Source: a virus (lineage: Duplodnaviria; Caudoviricetes). Taken from it: a stretch of DNA of 28,258 nucleotides. Positions 16,435 through 24,815 of the stretch are shown one piece after another. The notes below the pieces were generated by a model that ran no database searches, had not been told where the DNA came from, and saw only the letters and a program-made list of their open reading frames with translations. The stretch is from IMG/VR virus record IMGVR_UViG_3300037311_000506, positions 1 to 28,258 of that record; one strand, given 5' to 3'. A program made the position numbers and the translations under genes. Each line of letters starts with the position of its first letter. The first letter of the stretch is position 1.

Positions 16435-17855
16435 GCGATCTCCTTTACAGCGTCGGGCTCGACATCACCGATCTGAAAACCTCCGCGCGCGCCGCGAAGG
16501 AACAGGCCGACGACATCAAGCGCGGCTTCAAGGGCTTCAAGGACGTGATTGAATTCGGCGGCGTCGGCGCGGCCGTGTTCGGCTTTTTTCGGAGCGTCAT
16601 CGCCCACGCGATGGAATTGAAGGGGCCGCTCGACGACAACACCGCCGCCGTGAGACGCTTCGGCGGCGCGCTCACCGAGGCCAAGGAAGGGACGTTGTCA
16701 TGGGGCGCGCAAGTCCTCGGCTTCTGGAACCGGGCCGGCGAGGGCATCGGCATGACGATTCGCGCCATGATCGACGGTTCCGCGCAGGTGCGGCAGGCCG
16801 CGCAGACGGAGCGCGAGGCACAGGAGGCCATCGTCGCGATGGAGAAGGAACGGAAGGCCAACGGCGAGGCGCTCAAGAAAATCAGCGCCGACCTCGCCGA
16901 GCTAGACCGCGAGCGCACCAAGCTCGCGCTGGCCGACCTGACCACGCAGGAAAAAGTGAACCTCGCCGTGCAGCAGGTGCGCGATGCGCGCGCCGCGGAA
17001 GCCGCCTCGGCCGGAAGCACGCTCGAAAGGCGCAAACTCCACCTTGCCACGCAGCAGGCCGAGGTCGATCTGCTCCGCCAGTTCGGCGTCCAAGACAAGG
17101 AAAACGCCGACAAGAAAAGCAAGACGGACGAGGCCGCCACGAAGGCCGCCGAGGAACACATCAAGCTCGCCGACAAGCTCGTGAAGCTCCGCTTCGAGGC
17201 ACTGTCGGACGAAGAAAAGCTTCTCAGCCTCGAAACGGAACACGCTGGCATCATCGCCGCCATCGCGGACGATAAACAAAGAGGCGCCGACACGACGCAG
17301 GCGGAAATCTCCCTGCTCGAAAACATCAATGCGATTGAAGCGGTGCGCCTCAAATTGGTGGAGGCGCGGGCCGCGGCGGAACGGACCGCGGCAAAGGAAG
17401 CGGCGGAGGCGGCCAAGGCGGCGCAGATCGCGGAGGAGCTGGCCCGCCGCGAGCGCGCGGCGAAGAGCATCCAATTCCGCAGCGGCGCCGACTTCGCCAA
17501 CGCGAGCGACGATGCGCTGGAGGAAATCGTCCGGCGCAACCGGCAAAAGGCGATTGAGCTCCGCAACAATGGGCAGGGTCTCAACGCCAACTATTTCAAC
17601 CGGCAAGAGGCCGGCCGGCTTCAGGCCGAGGCCAACAACGCCGAGCAGGAACTCCGCCTGCGGCAGGGCATCCGCAGCAGCTTCGCCCGCGGCGGGGAGC
17701 AACAGGTGTTTTCCGATTTCCAGCACCTCGACCCCGTCGTGCTCGACCGTCTCATCGGCCAGTTTGCGCAGCAGCAGACGACGGCCACGCAGTCCGCCCG
17801 CGACCTCAGCCAGATCAACCAACGCCTCGCCCAGGTCTTCAAACTGGGCGGCTAG
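16431..17855 (+). CDS. Tape measure protein, short (474 aa)
   Basis: N-terminus LLYSVGLDITDLK typical of TMPs; long helical, Ala/Glu-rich; synteny. Confidence 0.8.
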   Translation: MSDLLYSVGLDITDLKTSARAAKEQADDIKRGFKGFKDVIEFGGVGAAVFGFFRSVIAHAMELKGPLDDNTAAVRRFGGALTEAKEGTLSWGAQVLGFWNRAGEGIGMTIRAMIDGSAQVRQAAQTEREAQEAIVAMEKERKANGEALKKISADLAELDRERTKLALADLTTQEKVNLAVQQVRDARAAEAASAGSTLERRKLHLATQQAEVDLLRQFGVQDKENADKKSKTDEAATKAAEEHIKLADKLVKLRFEALSDEEKLLSLETEHAGIIAAIADDKQRGADTTQAEISLLENINAIEAVRLKLVEARAAAERTAAKEAAEAAKAAQIAEELARRERAAKSIQFRSGADFANASDDALEEIVRRNRQKAIELRNNGQGLNANYFNRQEAGRLQAEANNAEQELRLRQGIRSSFARGGEQQVFSDFQHLDPVVLDRLIGQFAQQQTTATQSARDLSQINQRLAQVFKLGG

Positions 17856-17863
17856 CCCAGTTT

Positions 17864-17899
17864 GCCCTGCGTAGCTCCGCCCCGGAGCGAAGCACGGGC
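17864..17899 (+). repeat. GTAG-type REP-like hairpin
   Basis: gccctgcGTAgctccg-ccc-cggagcGAAgcacgggc, preceded by a 9-bp hairpin at 17841-17863. Confidence 0.6.
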
Positions 17900-17924
17900 C
17901 ACCCACGCCACGCCCTCGCCACCA

Positions 17925-19472
17925 ATGCCCGCGCCGCATTTCCCCACGTTCACCGATGGCTACTACGCCACTCCGATCCGCATCTCGCGGACGCCGCGCG
18001 AGTATCCGTTCAGCCAGAACGGCGACATCACGACGGCCGTTTACATGGCGACCTACGTCGTGAACCAAGGCCAGTTCACGCCCACGGCTCGCGGCACGGT
18101 CGACCCCGAGACCGCCGGTTTTTATCTCCTCGCCGAATCCAAGCCGGAGATTGTGCAGGGCGACCTCGCCACCTTCACTCGCACGTATTCCAATATCCCC
18201 CTCCAGCAGATTGTCCCCGGCTCCATGTATGTCACCAAGCCGAGCCTGAGCGGCAGCTTCCCGCGCATCATCGGCGGCTCGCTCGTCATTCAGCCCGACC
18301 CGTCCGTCGCGACCTTCAAGTTCTATTCCCAATTCACGGTCAATTCCGACAGCGGGCCGCCCGCCGTGGTCAACTATCCCACGGGCGGAACTTACACCCT
18401 CACGCTCGGGGCGAGCACGACCTCGGCCCTCGCCTACAACGCGAGCGCCGGCACGGTGCAAACCGCGCTCAACGCCCTCGCCAGTCTCACGGACCGCAGT
18501 ATCAGCGTCACCGTCTCCGGCGCTTACAACACCCCCACCGGGTTTCAACTCTCGACCACCCCCTACGCCGTCGGTTCAATCAACGTAAGCGGACTCACGG
18601 GCACGACGGTGATCGCGCCCAACGCCAGCGTGGCGGGCGGAACTTTGATTGGCGGGCTGTTCTACACGAGGTTCATGTTTACCGCCCTTGGCTGGCCGGC
18701 GAGCGGCGACCAAATCACCGGCGGCACGTTTACGATCACGATGTTCGGCCAGACCACGGCGCCCATCGCCTACAACGCTTCACTTGCCACCGCCACCGCG
18801 GCCATTCAGGCGCTCTCCAAGGTGGGAGTCACGGCGGTCGTCTCCTCGCACTTCAGCTACGGCAGCGGCATCATTGGCGGCACCGGTGGCGGCAAGCTCA
18901 TCGTGCTGTTTGTCGATCTGCCAAACTACGCGTTCACGGCGAACGCCGCGTCACTCACGCCAAGCGGTTCCATCGCCAACACCGATGGGTTCGGCAACGT
19001 GACTTTCGGCGGCGTCGCCGCGACCGTCCGCATCCTCAACGCCCCCAGCCACGGCCTCACGGAGGCCGACAACATCCTGATCACGCAGGGCGGAGTCGCG
19101 ACGGAACTCCTCAGCGGCAAATTCACGGTGGTCGATGCGAACACGATTCAGTTGAGCTCCGCGAGCGGCGCGCCCTTCTTCAACGCGTCCGCGATCACGG
19201 CCATCGGCAAACTCACGAGCACCTACTCGGGCGGGACCGTGCTGACCCGCATCAAGCGCGTCATGGATTTCTATCTGCCCGGTGTCTCGCCCGGCATCAC
19301 GACCATCGACGATGTCCCGCTTCCGGTGTATCAGGGCGATGCCGACAGCCTGCTCGCCGCCATCATGGCGGGCAGCACGAGCATCAACTACGAGGTCGGC
19401 GATCTCTTGCAGTGGCGCGATAGCCCGATCCTCACCCGCACCCGGATCACGCTCAACGCCGCGACGCTCTAG
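17925..19472 (+). CDS. Tail tip / minor tail protein (515 aa) with internal repeats
   Basis: Immediately after TMP; Thr/Gly/Ser-rich; two copies of a TGGT(Y/F)T..TT..AYNAS..AL motif and one HGL-type beta module. Confidence 0.75.
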   Translation: MPAPHFPTFTDGYYATPIRISRTPREYPFSQNGDITTAVYMATYVVNQGQFTPTARGTVDPETAGFYLLAESKPEIVQGDLATFTRTYSNIPLQQIVPGSMYVTKPSLSGSFPRIIGGSLVIQPDPSVATFKFYSQFTVNSDSGPPAVVNYPTGGTYTLTLGASTTSALAYNASAGTVQTALNALASLTDRSISVTVSGAYNTPTGFQLSTTPYAVGSINVSGLTGTTVIAPNASVAGGTLIGGLFYTRFMFTALGWPASGDQITGGTFTITMFGQTTAPIAYNASLATATAAIQALSKVGVTAVVSSHFSYGSGIIGGTGGGKLIVLFVDLPNYAFTANAASLTPSGSIANTDGFGNVTFGGVAATVRILNAPSHGLTEADNILITQGGVATELLSGKFTVVDANTIQLSSASGAPFFNASAITAIGKLTSTYSGGTVLTRIKRVMDFYLPGVSPGITTIDDVPLPVYQGDADSLLAAIMAGSTSINYEVGDLLQWRDSPILTRTRITLNAATL

Positions 19473-19477
19473 CGCCC

Positions 19478-20368
19478 ATGCCCATCGACGACAGCGCAAG
19501 CCTGCTCGATCTCATCCGCCACCCGGACAAGCTGCGCGATGCCCTCGCGCTCCTCCGCAAGCTGGAGCGGCTGAAAGTGCAGACGCGCGACAGCGAGGGG
19601 CGGCTGACGATTTCCCCGCTGCTCATCTCCGACCGCAACGCAATCATCGATCTCACCTTCGAGGAAAACGCCGTGGCCGTCGTCCCTCCGCCCGTGCCCG
19701 TCGCCGGGCCCGTCGCCTATTGGCCGATGGACGAGGCGAGCGGCGACGCGGTCGACAGCGCGGGCAACAACGATCTCACGAACACCGCCGTCACCTACGC
19801 CGCCGGCCACCGCGGCAACGCTGCGGTGTTCAACGGCACGAGCGCGCAGCTCCTCCGCACCCACGGCACGCTCGACGGGCTGCGCCTCGTCAGCGCGTTC
19901 TCTTTCGCCTTCTGGCTGAAGATTGCCGCCCAGCCCACGGGCACGACCTACGTCATCCTCGGGAAATTCAAATACATCGGGTCCGACGATCGCCAATACG
20001 CCCTGATCTACGAGGACGACGCCGCCGGCGGCTTCAACTTCGCCGTCAACCTCAGCAACAACGGCACGAGCTCGGTGAAGCAGAATTTCCCCACGACCCT
20101 GCCCACCGGCGTGTGGACGCACGTCGTCGCCACCTACGATGGCGCCACCAGCATCGTCGCCTTCTGGCTCAATGGCGTGCTCGTCAACTCCTACAACAGC
20201 GGCATGGGCAACCTGTATCCCGGCACCGCGGATTTTATTCTGGGCAACTTCTCCGGCGTCGCCCTCTGGCTCAACGGCGCGCTCGACGACGTCGTCGCCT
20301 ACAACCGCGTCATCACCGCCGCGGAGATCGCCGCGCTCTACAACGGCGGGGCCGGCGCCGCGCCGTGA
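19478..20368 (+). CDS. LamG / concanavalin A-like domain virion protein, candidate receptor-binding protein
   Basis: VAYWPMDE, FSFAFWLK, WTHVVATYDG, LNG and GALDDVVAYNRVITAAEI motifs. Confidence 0.85.
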   Translation: MPIDDSASLLDLIRHPDKLRDALALLRKLERLKVQTRDSEGRLTISPLLISDRNAIIDLTFEENAVAVVPPPVPVAGPVAYWPMDEASGDAVDSAGNNDLTNTAVTYAAGHRGNAAVFNGTSAQLLRTHGTLDGLRLVSAFSFAFWLKIAAQPTGTTYVILGKFKYIGSDDRQYALIYEDDAAGGFNFAVNLSNNGTSSVKQNFPTTLPTGVWTHVVATYDGATSIVAFWLNGVLVNSYNSGMGNLYPGTADFILGNFSGVALWLNGALDDVVAYNRVITAAEIAALYNGGAGAAP

Positions 20369-20389
20369 CGCCGTAGGCTACCGCATGGC

Positions 20390-20488
20390 CTAGTGTGTGA
20401 GTCCGGGAAAAGTCGCGGCTATGAACAAAGCGAAGGCAATGAGCAGCCAGATAAGCGCCGTGCGAATTGCCTCTCGATTTATCTTCAT
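20390..20488 (-). CDS. 32-aa single-TM peptide (below the ORF track cutoff)
   Basis: Hand translation MKINREAIRTALIWLLIAFALFIAATFPGLTH*; lower-GC patch antisense to the late operon. Confidence 0.45.
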   Translation of the reverse strand: MKINREAIRTALIWLLIAFALFIAATFPGLTH

Positions 20489-20526
20489 GAGGCAGACCGC
20501 ACATTGCGAGATGCATCGCGCCTCCC

Positions 20527-20816
20527 CTAGAACCGCGCGCCGCGCTCAACCATCGTCTCGGCCACCGTGACGAATTGCGCCGCGAGAGTGTAGAGCATCT
20601 CGGGCGTCACGCGGCCGGCCGCGACGCCGTTGCCGTCCGCTGTGGCGTCAATCGTCAGCTCGGCGTAGCCTTTGGAAAATTCCGCCGGCAGCAGGATTTG
20701 GAAAGAGACCAACCGCACGGGGGTGTCGCTCCACGCCGACAGGATCGGCGTGCGGTAGAAGTGGCGCGGTTCGGGGAGCCCGGCGCGGCGCCGGAATCGG
20801 GCGGGAGTTCATTCAT
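20527..20816 (-). pseudogene. Small antisense ORF, possibly frameshifted
   Basis: ORF 20718..20527 extends upstream as PEPRHFYRTPILSAWSDTP, but the best ATG (20816, MNELPPDSG) is one base out of frame. Confidence 0.35.
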
Positions 20817-20962
20817 GGGATTTTTCGGGGAAGTCGCCTTCGTCGCGATCAGCGCTTCGCCGGGCAGGTTTTCGGGTTACGCTTCGGTGACAATCTCGAA
20901 TGCAATCCCGCAGAGTTCGGACCGTCCATATGACAGGGAAATGGCCTCCGCCACGGCCGCCA

Positions 20963-20983
20963 TTTGACACCCACGCTCAGGCA
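20963..20983 (+). promoter_or_regulatory. TTTGACAC element, copy 5
   Basis: TTGACA at 20964-20969, 13 nt before ATG 20983. Confidence 0.6.
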
Positions 20984-21432
20984 TGAACCGCCTCCGCCGC
21001 ATCCTGCCCGGCCTCGCCCTCGCCCTCGCCCTCGCGCCCGCGCTCCGCGCGCAGGCCCCGGCCGAAAACATCCCGCTCGGCTCGCACGTCACGCTGGTCG
21101 CCTCCACCGATGGCCACCCTTCGCCCACGGTGGAATGGTTCAAGGACGGGAAAAAAATCGGCGACAGCCTCCCGTTCGCCCTGCCCGATTCGAGTCCCGC
21201 CCCCGTCTTCGAATGCCGCTTGGTCCTCGGCGTCATCGGCAAGGACGCCGCCGGCTCCTACGTCGCCAAGGCGACGAACTACCTGGGCTCCGCCTCCTCC
21301 GAACCCTACGTCATCACGACGAACACCGCGCCCACGAAGCCGACGATCCGCGTCATCGCCGTGAAGCCGTCGCAAGTCACCGTCGAGGTGCAGCCGGGCG
21401 TGAAAGTGATTCAGGGCGGCGCGAAAAAGTGA
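20983..21432 (+). CDS. Secreted immunoglobulin I-set-like domain protein
   Basis: Signal peptide ending ALRA; DGHPSPTVEWFKDG and DAAGSYVAKATNYLGSASS match the I-set Ig pattern. Confidence 0.75.
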   Translation: MNRLRRILPGLALALALAPALRAQAPAENIPLGSHVTLVASTDGHPSPTVEWFKDGKKIGDSLPFALPDSSPAPVFECRLVLGVIGKDAAGSYVAKATNYLGSASSEPYVITTNTAPTKPTIRVIAVKPSQVTVEVQPGVKVIQGGAKK

Positions 21433-21436
21433 GGCC

Positions 21437-21670
21437 ATGACGTTCCGCCAATTCATCGCGAAGGCGCTGGAGGAATCGCCCGGCGTGCCGTCATCGGTCC
21501 GCCTGCAACTGCTCGTCATCACCGCGGCCGTCGTCGCGGTCTTTGTCGGGCTCTCCGTCTCCGTCGCCCTCGGCAAACTGGCGGACATCCCGGCCGGCGT
21601 CGTGAGCTTTGGCACCCTGCTTTTCTCCGGCGCGGCCGCGGCGAAGGTAATCCAGCAACGCAGCGAATGA
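21437..21670 (+). CDS. Holin-like small membrane protein (2 TM)
   Basis: 77 aa; PSSVRL followed by two hydrophobic helices; lysis-cassette position. Confidence 0.55.
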   Translation: MTFRQFIAKALEESPGVPSSVRLQLLVITAAVVAVFVGLSVSVALGKLADIPAGVVSFGTLLFSGAAAAKVIQQRSE

Positions 21671-21678
21671 TTTTTCCC

Positions 21679-21900
21679 ATGCACTACAAAAACGGCAGAG
21701 AAGCAAAGATCGGGGATCGCGTTGTCGTCCCCAATAACGGGCAGCCCTTCATCGGGATGCTGACACAGGCCAACGCGGCCTCGGCGACGTGCAACGGGCG
21801 CGTCGCTCCCCTCCCCCTCACGCGCGAGGACTACGTCACGATTGGGGACATTCTCCACGTCGACGACGCGCTCGCAGCCACCCCGCCGAAACCCGCCTGA
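21679..21900 (+). CDS. Small hypothetical phage protein (MHYKNGREAKIGD...)
   Basis: 73 aa, beta-rich; alternative start at 21667 coupled by ATGA. Confidence 0.6.
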   Translation: MHYKNGREAKIGDRVVVPNNGQPFIGMLTQANAASATCNGRVAPLPLTREDYVTIGDILHVDDALAATPPKPA

Positions 21901-21910
21901 CGCCGCGCCC

Positions 21911-22654
21911 ATGAAGCAACGCGCCGCCGTCTCCCTCGTGGTCATCGCCGCCCTCGCCGTGCTCGGCGTGGGCGGGTTGTGGCTCACCAAGCCCGCGCTG
22001 TTCGGCGGCGCGTCGAAACGCGCGGCCGCCAGCACGGCCGCGACGGCACAGCTCGATCAAGCCGTGGTCGCGCAGGGCGCGGCCGCGGCCGCCTCCGTCG
22101 TGAAGATTGCGGAGGCCAACGCGCTGGCCCCGGAAAGCCCGGCCCGGGCGTTTATCGGGCAGGAGACGACCGTCACCCTCTCCCGCCTGCCCCCGCCCGA
22201 TCCGCGGGCGCTATTGGAAGCGGAACGCCGCCGGGCGGCCGTCATGGAGGGCCGGCTCGACGAGGCGCGCCGGCTCTACGAGGCGGCCGCCAAGAAATCC
22301 GAAACGCTCCAGCGCGAGCGGGACGAGGCGCTCGCCGCCCGCCGCGCCGCCGACCTGGCCCTCGAATCCGCCGCGGCCGCCGCGCACGCGCGCACCGTGC
22401 AGGCGCTCGGCGTCGGCGTCGTCGCCGTGCTCGCGCTCGCGGCCTTCGCCTACGTGAAACTTTTCCACGTCTCGCCGGCCGTGATGGGCACGATTGCCGC
22501 GGACATCCGGCACGGCGTGCGGCCCATCCAAGCCATCACGGACAACCTTGCGCCGCGGCAATACGGCCCAATCCAAAAGGCCGCCAAGCTCGCCGCGGAG
22601 CTCGACGACGGCCCGCCCGCCGAGGTGGCCGCGCTGAAAGCCGAGCCGCGGTAG
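21911..22654 (+). CDS. Membrane-anchored coiled-coil protein, spanin-like position
   Basis: N-terminal TM, long coiled coil, second TM near the C-terminus. Confidence 0.55.
   Translation: MKQRAAVSLVVIAALAVLGVGGLWLTKPALFGGASKRAAASTAATAQLDQAVVAQGAAAAASVVKIAEANALAPESPARAFIGQETTVTLSRLPPPDPRALLEAERRRAAVMEGRLDEARRLYEAAAKKSETLQRERDEALAARRAADLALESAAAAAHARTVQALGVGVVAVLALAAFAYVKLFHVSPAVMGTIAADIRHGVRPIQAITDNLAPRQYGPIQKAAKLAAELDDGPPAEVAALKAEPR
22625..22650 (+). repeat. 26-bp direct repeat, copy 1
   Basis: gtggccgcgctgaaagccgagccgcg is identical to 23854-23879; both are followed by N-TAG. Confidence 0.9.
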
Positions 22655-22733
22655 GCTCGCCTAGGACCCGAGTCAGTGTGAAACCAATTTCGTCTGGACT
22701 TGAACTAGATTCATCAAAATCTGGTAACAATCT

Positions 22734-23189
22734 GTGACGATAATAGATACCCTTACCCATCCGCTGTTTGTCGCGCTCGGAATTCCCGTTGTTTTTTTGA
22801 TTTGTGGTGGTCTATGCAAGAGCGTGATCGTCAGAAGCCTAGAGCTGGAGCATTTTTATTTGGGACTGGAGTGTGCTCTCGCGGCTGTCAGCTCGGCGAT
22901 GATTCATGTCTACGATCTTTGTCGAAAAGTGCCGCAATCCGCCGCAGTGCCACGCGAGATACTGACACAATTTCAAATTTGCGCTGGTTTTGTCGTGATC
23001 TCACTCTGCCTTATCTTAGTGCTCCTTTCTGTGCATCAGAAATTCAGCCCGTTGCCGATTACGGCAAAGACCGATGCGAAGCTACCACAGACCCCTGAGT
23101 GGCGCCGGTTTGTCTTCCTCGGAATTTTTTCAAACTTAGTCGGCCTAGGTCTAATGGTTGGTTTCATCTTAAGGGTGAAAAATAATTGA
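22734..23189 (+). CDS. Moron: 4-TM membrane protein
   Basis: 151 aa with four hydrophobic segments; markedly low GC. Confidence 0.75.
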   Translation: MTIIDTLTHPLFVALGIPVVFLICGGLCKSVIVRSLELEHFYLGLECALAAVSSAMIHVYDLCRKVPQSAAVPREILTQFQICAGFVVISLCLILVLLSVHQKFSPLPITAKTDAKLPQTPEWRRFVFLGIFSNLVGLGLMVGFILRVKNN

Positions 23190-23190
23190 C

Positions 23191-23466
23191 ATGAAACACC
23201 ACAGGTCACACGCACATCAAATGGAAGTAGCGACGACTGGGCGCAGAGAAGGCCGACGACGAACAACATCGGTCGAACCGCATGCGAATCCGCCTGATGC
23301 CCGAGCCTCGAATCACATAGGCCTAGAACTAGTATCCGGCCTAGCGACTCTCGCGAGCGTAGGAATAACGATAGCCGCGACGACTGCTTCAATTATGTTT
23401 GTGGCCACAGCGCTTGCAGCTACGGCGGCAGTTACGACGGTGCTGGCAGCGAGCCGCAAACACTAG
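23191..23466 (+). CDS. Moron: small protein with a C-terminal hydrophobic hairpin
   Basis: 91 aa, starts 1 nt after the previous stop; Ala/Thr/Val-rich TM-like C-terminal half. Confidence 0.55.
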   Translation: MKHHRSHAHQMEVATTGRREGRRRTTSVEPHANPPDARASNHIGLELVSGLATLASVGITIAATTASIMFVATALAATAAVTTVLAASRKH

Positions 23467-23760
23467 GCGCGATTGCCGGAACGCTAGCTCCAAATGACCG
23501 CTAATCAATAGTCTGCCAGACTGCGGTGTGGGTAAGTGAACCGAAAGATTCACCCACGACAGGGAGAAAGCTGAAGCACAGCGCATGATTCACCGGTAGC
23601 GTTTCTGTGAATGTCGCGCCTCAAGTCCCCCTTACTGTCCCGCACAGATTCGCTCCGCCCGGCGGCGCGGAGCACCGTCGCAGAATCGTGATGCGCTTGT
23701 TCAGCCGCTCGTGCTACCGCCCGAGGATGAGCGCATCGATCTTGAATCCTTCCAGCGTCG

Positions 23761-23883
23761 CGCGGGGCGCGCGCCGACGCCGAGTCCCGCCGCACCGATG
23801 AAAACCGCTCGCGGATTATCTGCGTGGAAAACAAGGTCGGCATTCAGCGCGACGTGGCCGCGCTGAAAGCCGAGCCGCGCTAG
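23761..23883 (+). pseudogene. Orphan 3' gene fragment ending RIICVENKVGIQRDVAALKAEPR*
   Basis: In-frame stops upstream (e.g. 23728) and no credible full-length start; ends in copy 2 of the 26-bp repeat (23854-23879). Confidence 0.5.
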
Positions 23884-23915
23884 CCGCGTCCGCGCTCCCC
23901 AGCGGCGGCGCGGCC

Positions 23916-24650
23916 TCAGAAATGCGTCTCGTTGCTGCCGTTGAGATCGAGCCGGCCCGCGCTCGCGGGCAGCATCCAGAAATTTTCCTCCAGCGTCCGG
24001 CCCACCTGCCGCGTCGTGTAGCACACGATGAACACCGTCTCGCCCGCCGGCACCCGCAGCTCATAGTCACCGTTCGCATCGGTCGCCGTCGCCGCCACGG
24101 GCTGCATCCCGATTTTCTTTCTCGTGTCGCTCCAAGCCGAAAACGCTGCGCCCACGCGCTTGGTCACATGGATGTTTGAAGCAGTCTCCTCGACTCTCAT
24201 GGCCTGTCGGATTTCAGCCTGCACGAGGCTCAGGTAGCTCAACGGGTAGGCCGCCACGGTCGCATCCGCAAAGCGGCGCACTCCCGCGCCCTGCGTGGTG
24301 ATGTAAACGGTCCCGGCAATCACTTGCTCGACCACAGTCTTTGTGGGCGCCGGACTCGCCTTGGCCGTGACCGGCGGCGATTTCACCGGGGCCGCGCTGG
24401 CCGCGGGCCGACGCTGTCCGGCCGCCTCGCGCACTCCATCGGGCAGCACGTCGTAGGTCAGCGTTCCCCGCCCCCCTTCCCACTTCGCCATCACCGCCGT
24501 CGGGGCGTAGCTCATCACCGCGACGTTCCGCAGCGTGCGCCCGTCGCGCAGCTTCAGTTCCGGGATCGGGCGGTCGAGGTTCACCTCGGCGCCAAAGGCC
24601 GCGGAGGCCAAGCCGAGGGCGAGGGCCAGCAATGCAGTCGCGGTTTTCAT
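23916..24650 (-). CDS. Exported protein downstream of the putative repressor (lysogenic conversion / exclusion candidate, 244 aa)
   Basis: Signal peptide MKTATALLALALGLASAAFGA; LKLRDGRTL beta module; Pro/Ala linker; C-terminal TDANGDY transthyretin-like domain. Confidence 0.75.
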   Translation of the reverse strand: MKTATALLALALGLASAAFGAEVNLDRPIPELKLRDGRTLRNVAVMSYAPTAVMAKWEGGRGTLTYDVLPDGVREAAGQRRPAASAAPVKSPPVTAKASPAPTKTVVEQVIAGTVYITTQGAGVRRFADATVAAYPLSYLSLVQAEIRQAMRVEETASNIHVTKRVGAAFSAWSDTRKKIGMQPVAATATDANGDYELRVPAGETVFIVCYTTRQVGRTLEENFWMLPASAGRLDLNGSNETHF

Positions 24651-24794
24651 TTGTGCGGGTGTGCCCGCAACAACAGCCCCCGTCAGCCAAGGTGACGCGG
24701 CCGCGGCACCTTCACCTTTTTTTCGCCCGCGGTTATCCCCCATTTTACCAATCTTGTCGCGGACAGTCCGTGCGGCTAAGGTCGGGCGGTCGGT

Positions 24795-24815
24795 TTTGAC
24801 AACCTGGCCTCCGTA
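24795..24815 (+). promoter_or_regulatory. TTTGACAA element, copy 6
   Basis: TTGACA at 24796-24801, 13 nt before ATG 24815. Confidence 0.5.

Noticed and set aside
17925-20368. Diversity-generating retroelement or invertible tail-fibre system
   Set aside because: No reverse transcriptase, invertase or TR/VR repeat pair found in the window.
21013-21035. CTCGCC hexamer repeat
   Set aside because: Simply encodes Leu-Ala repeats of a signal peptide.
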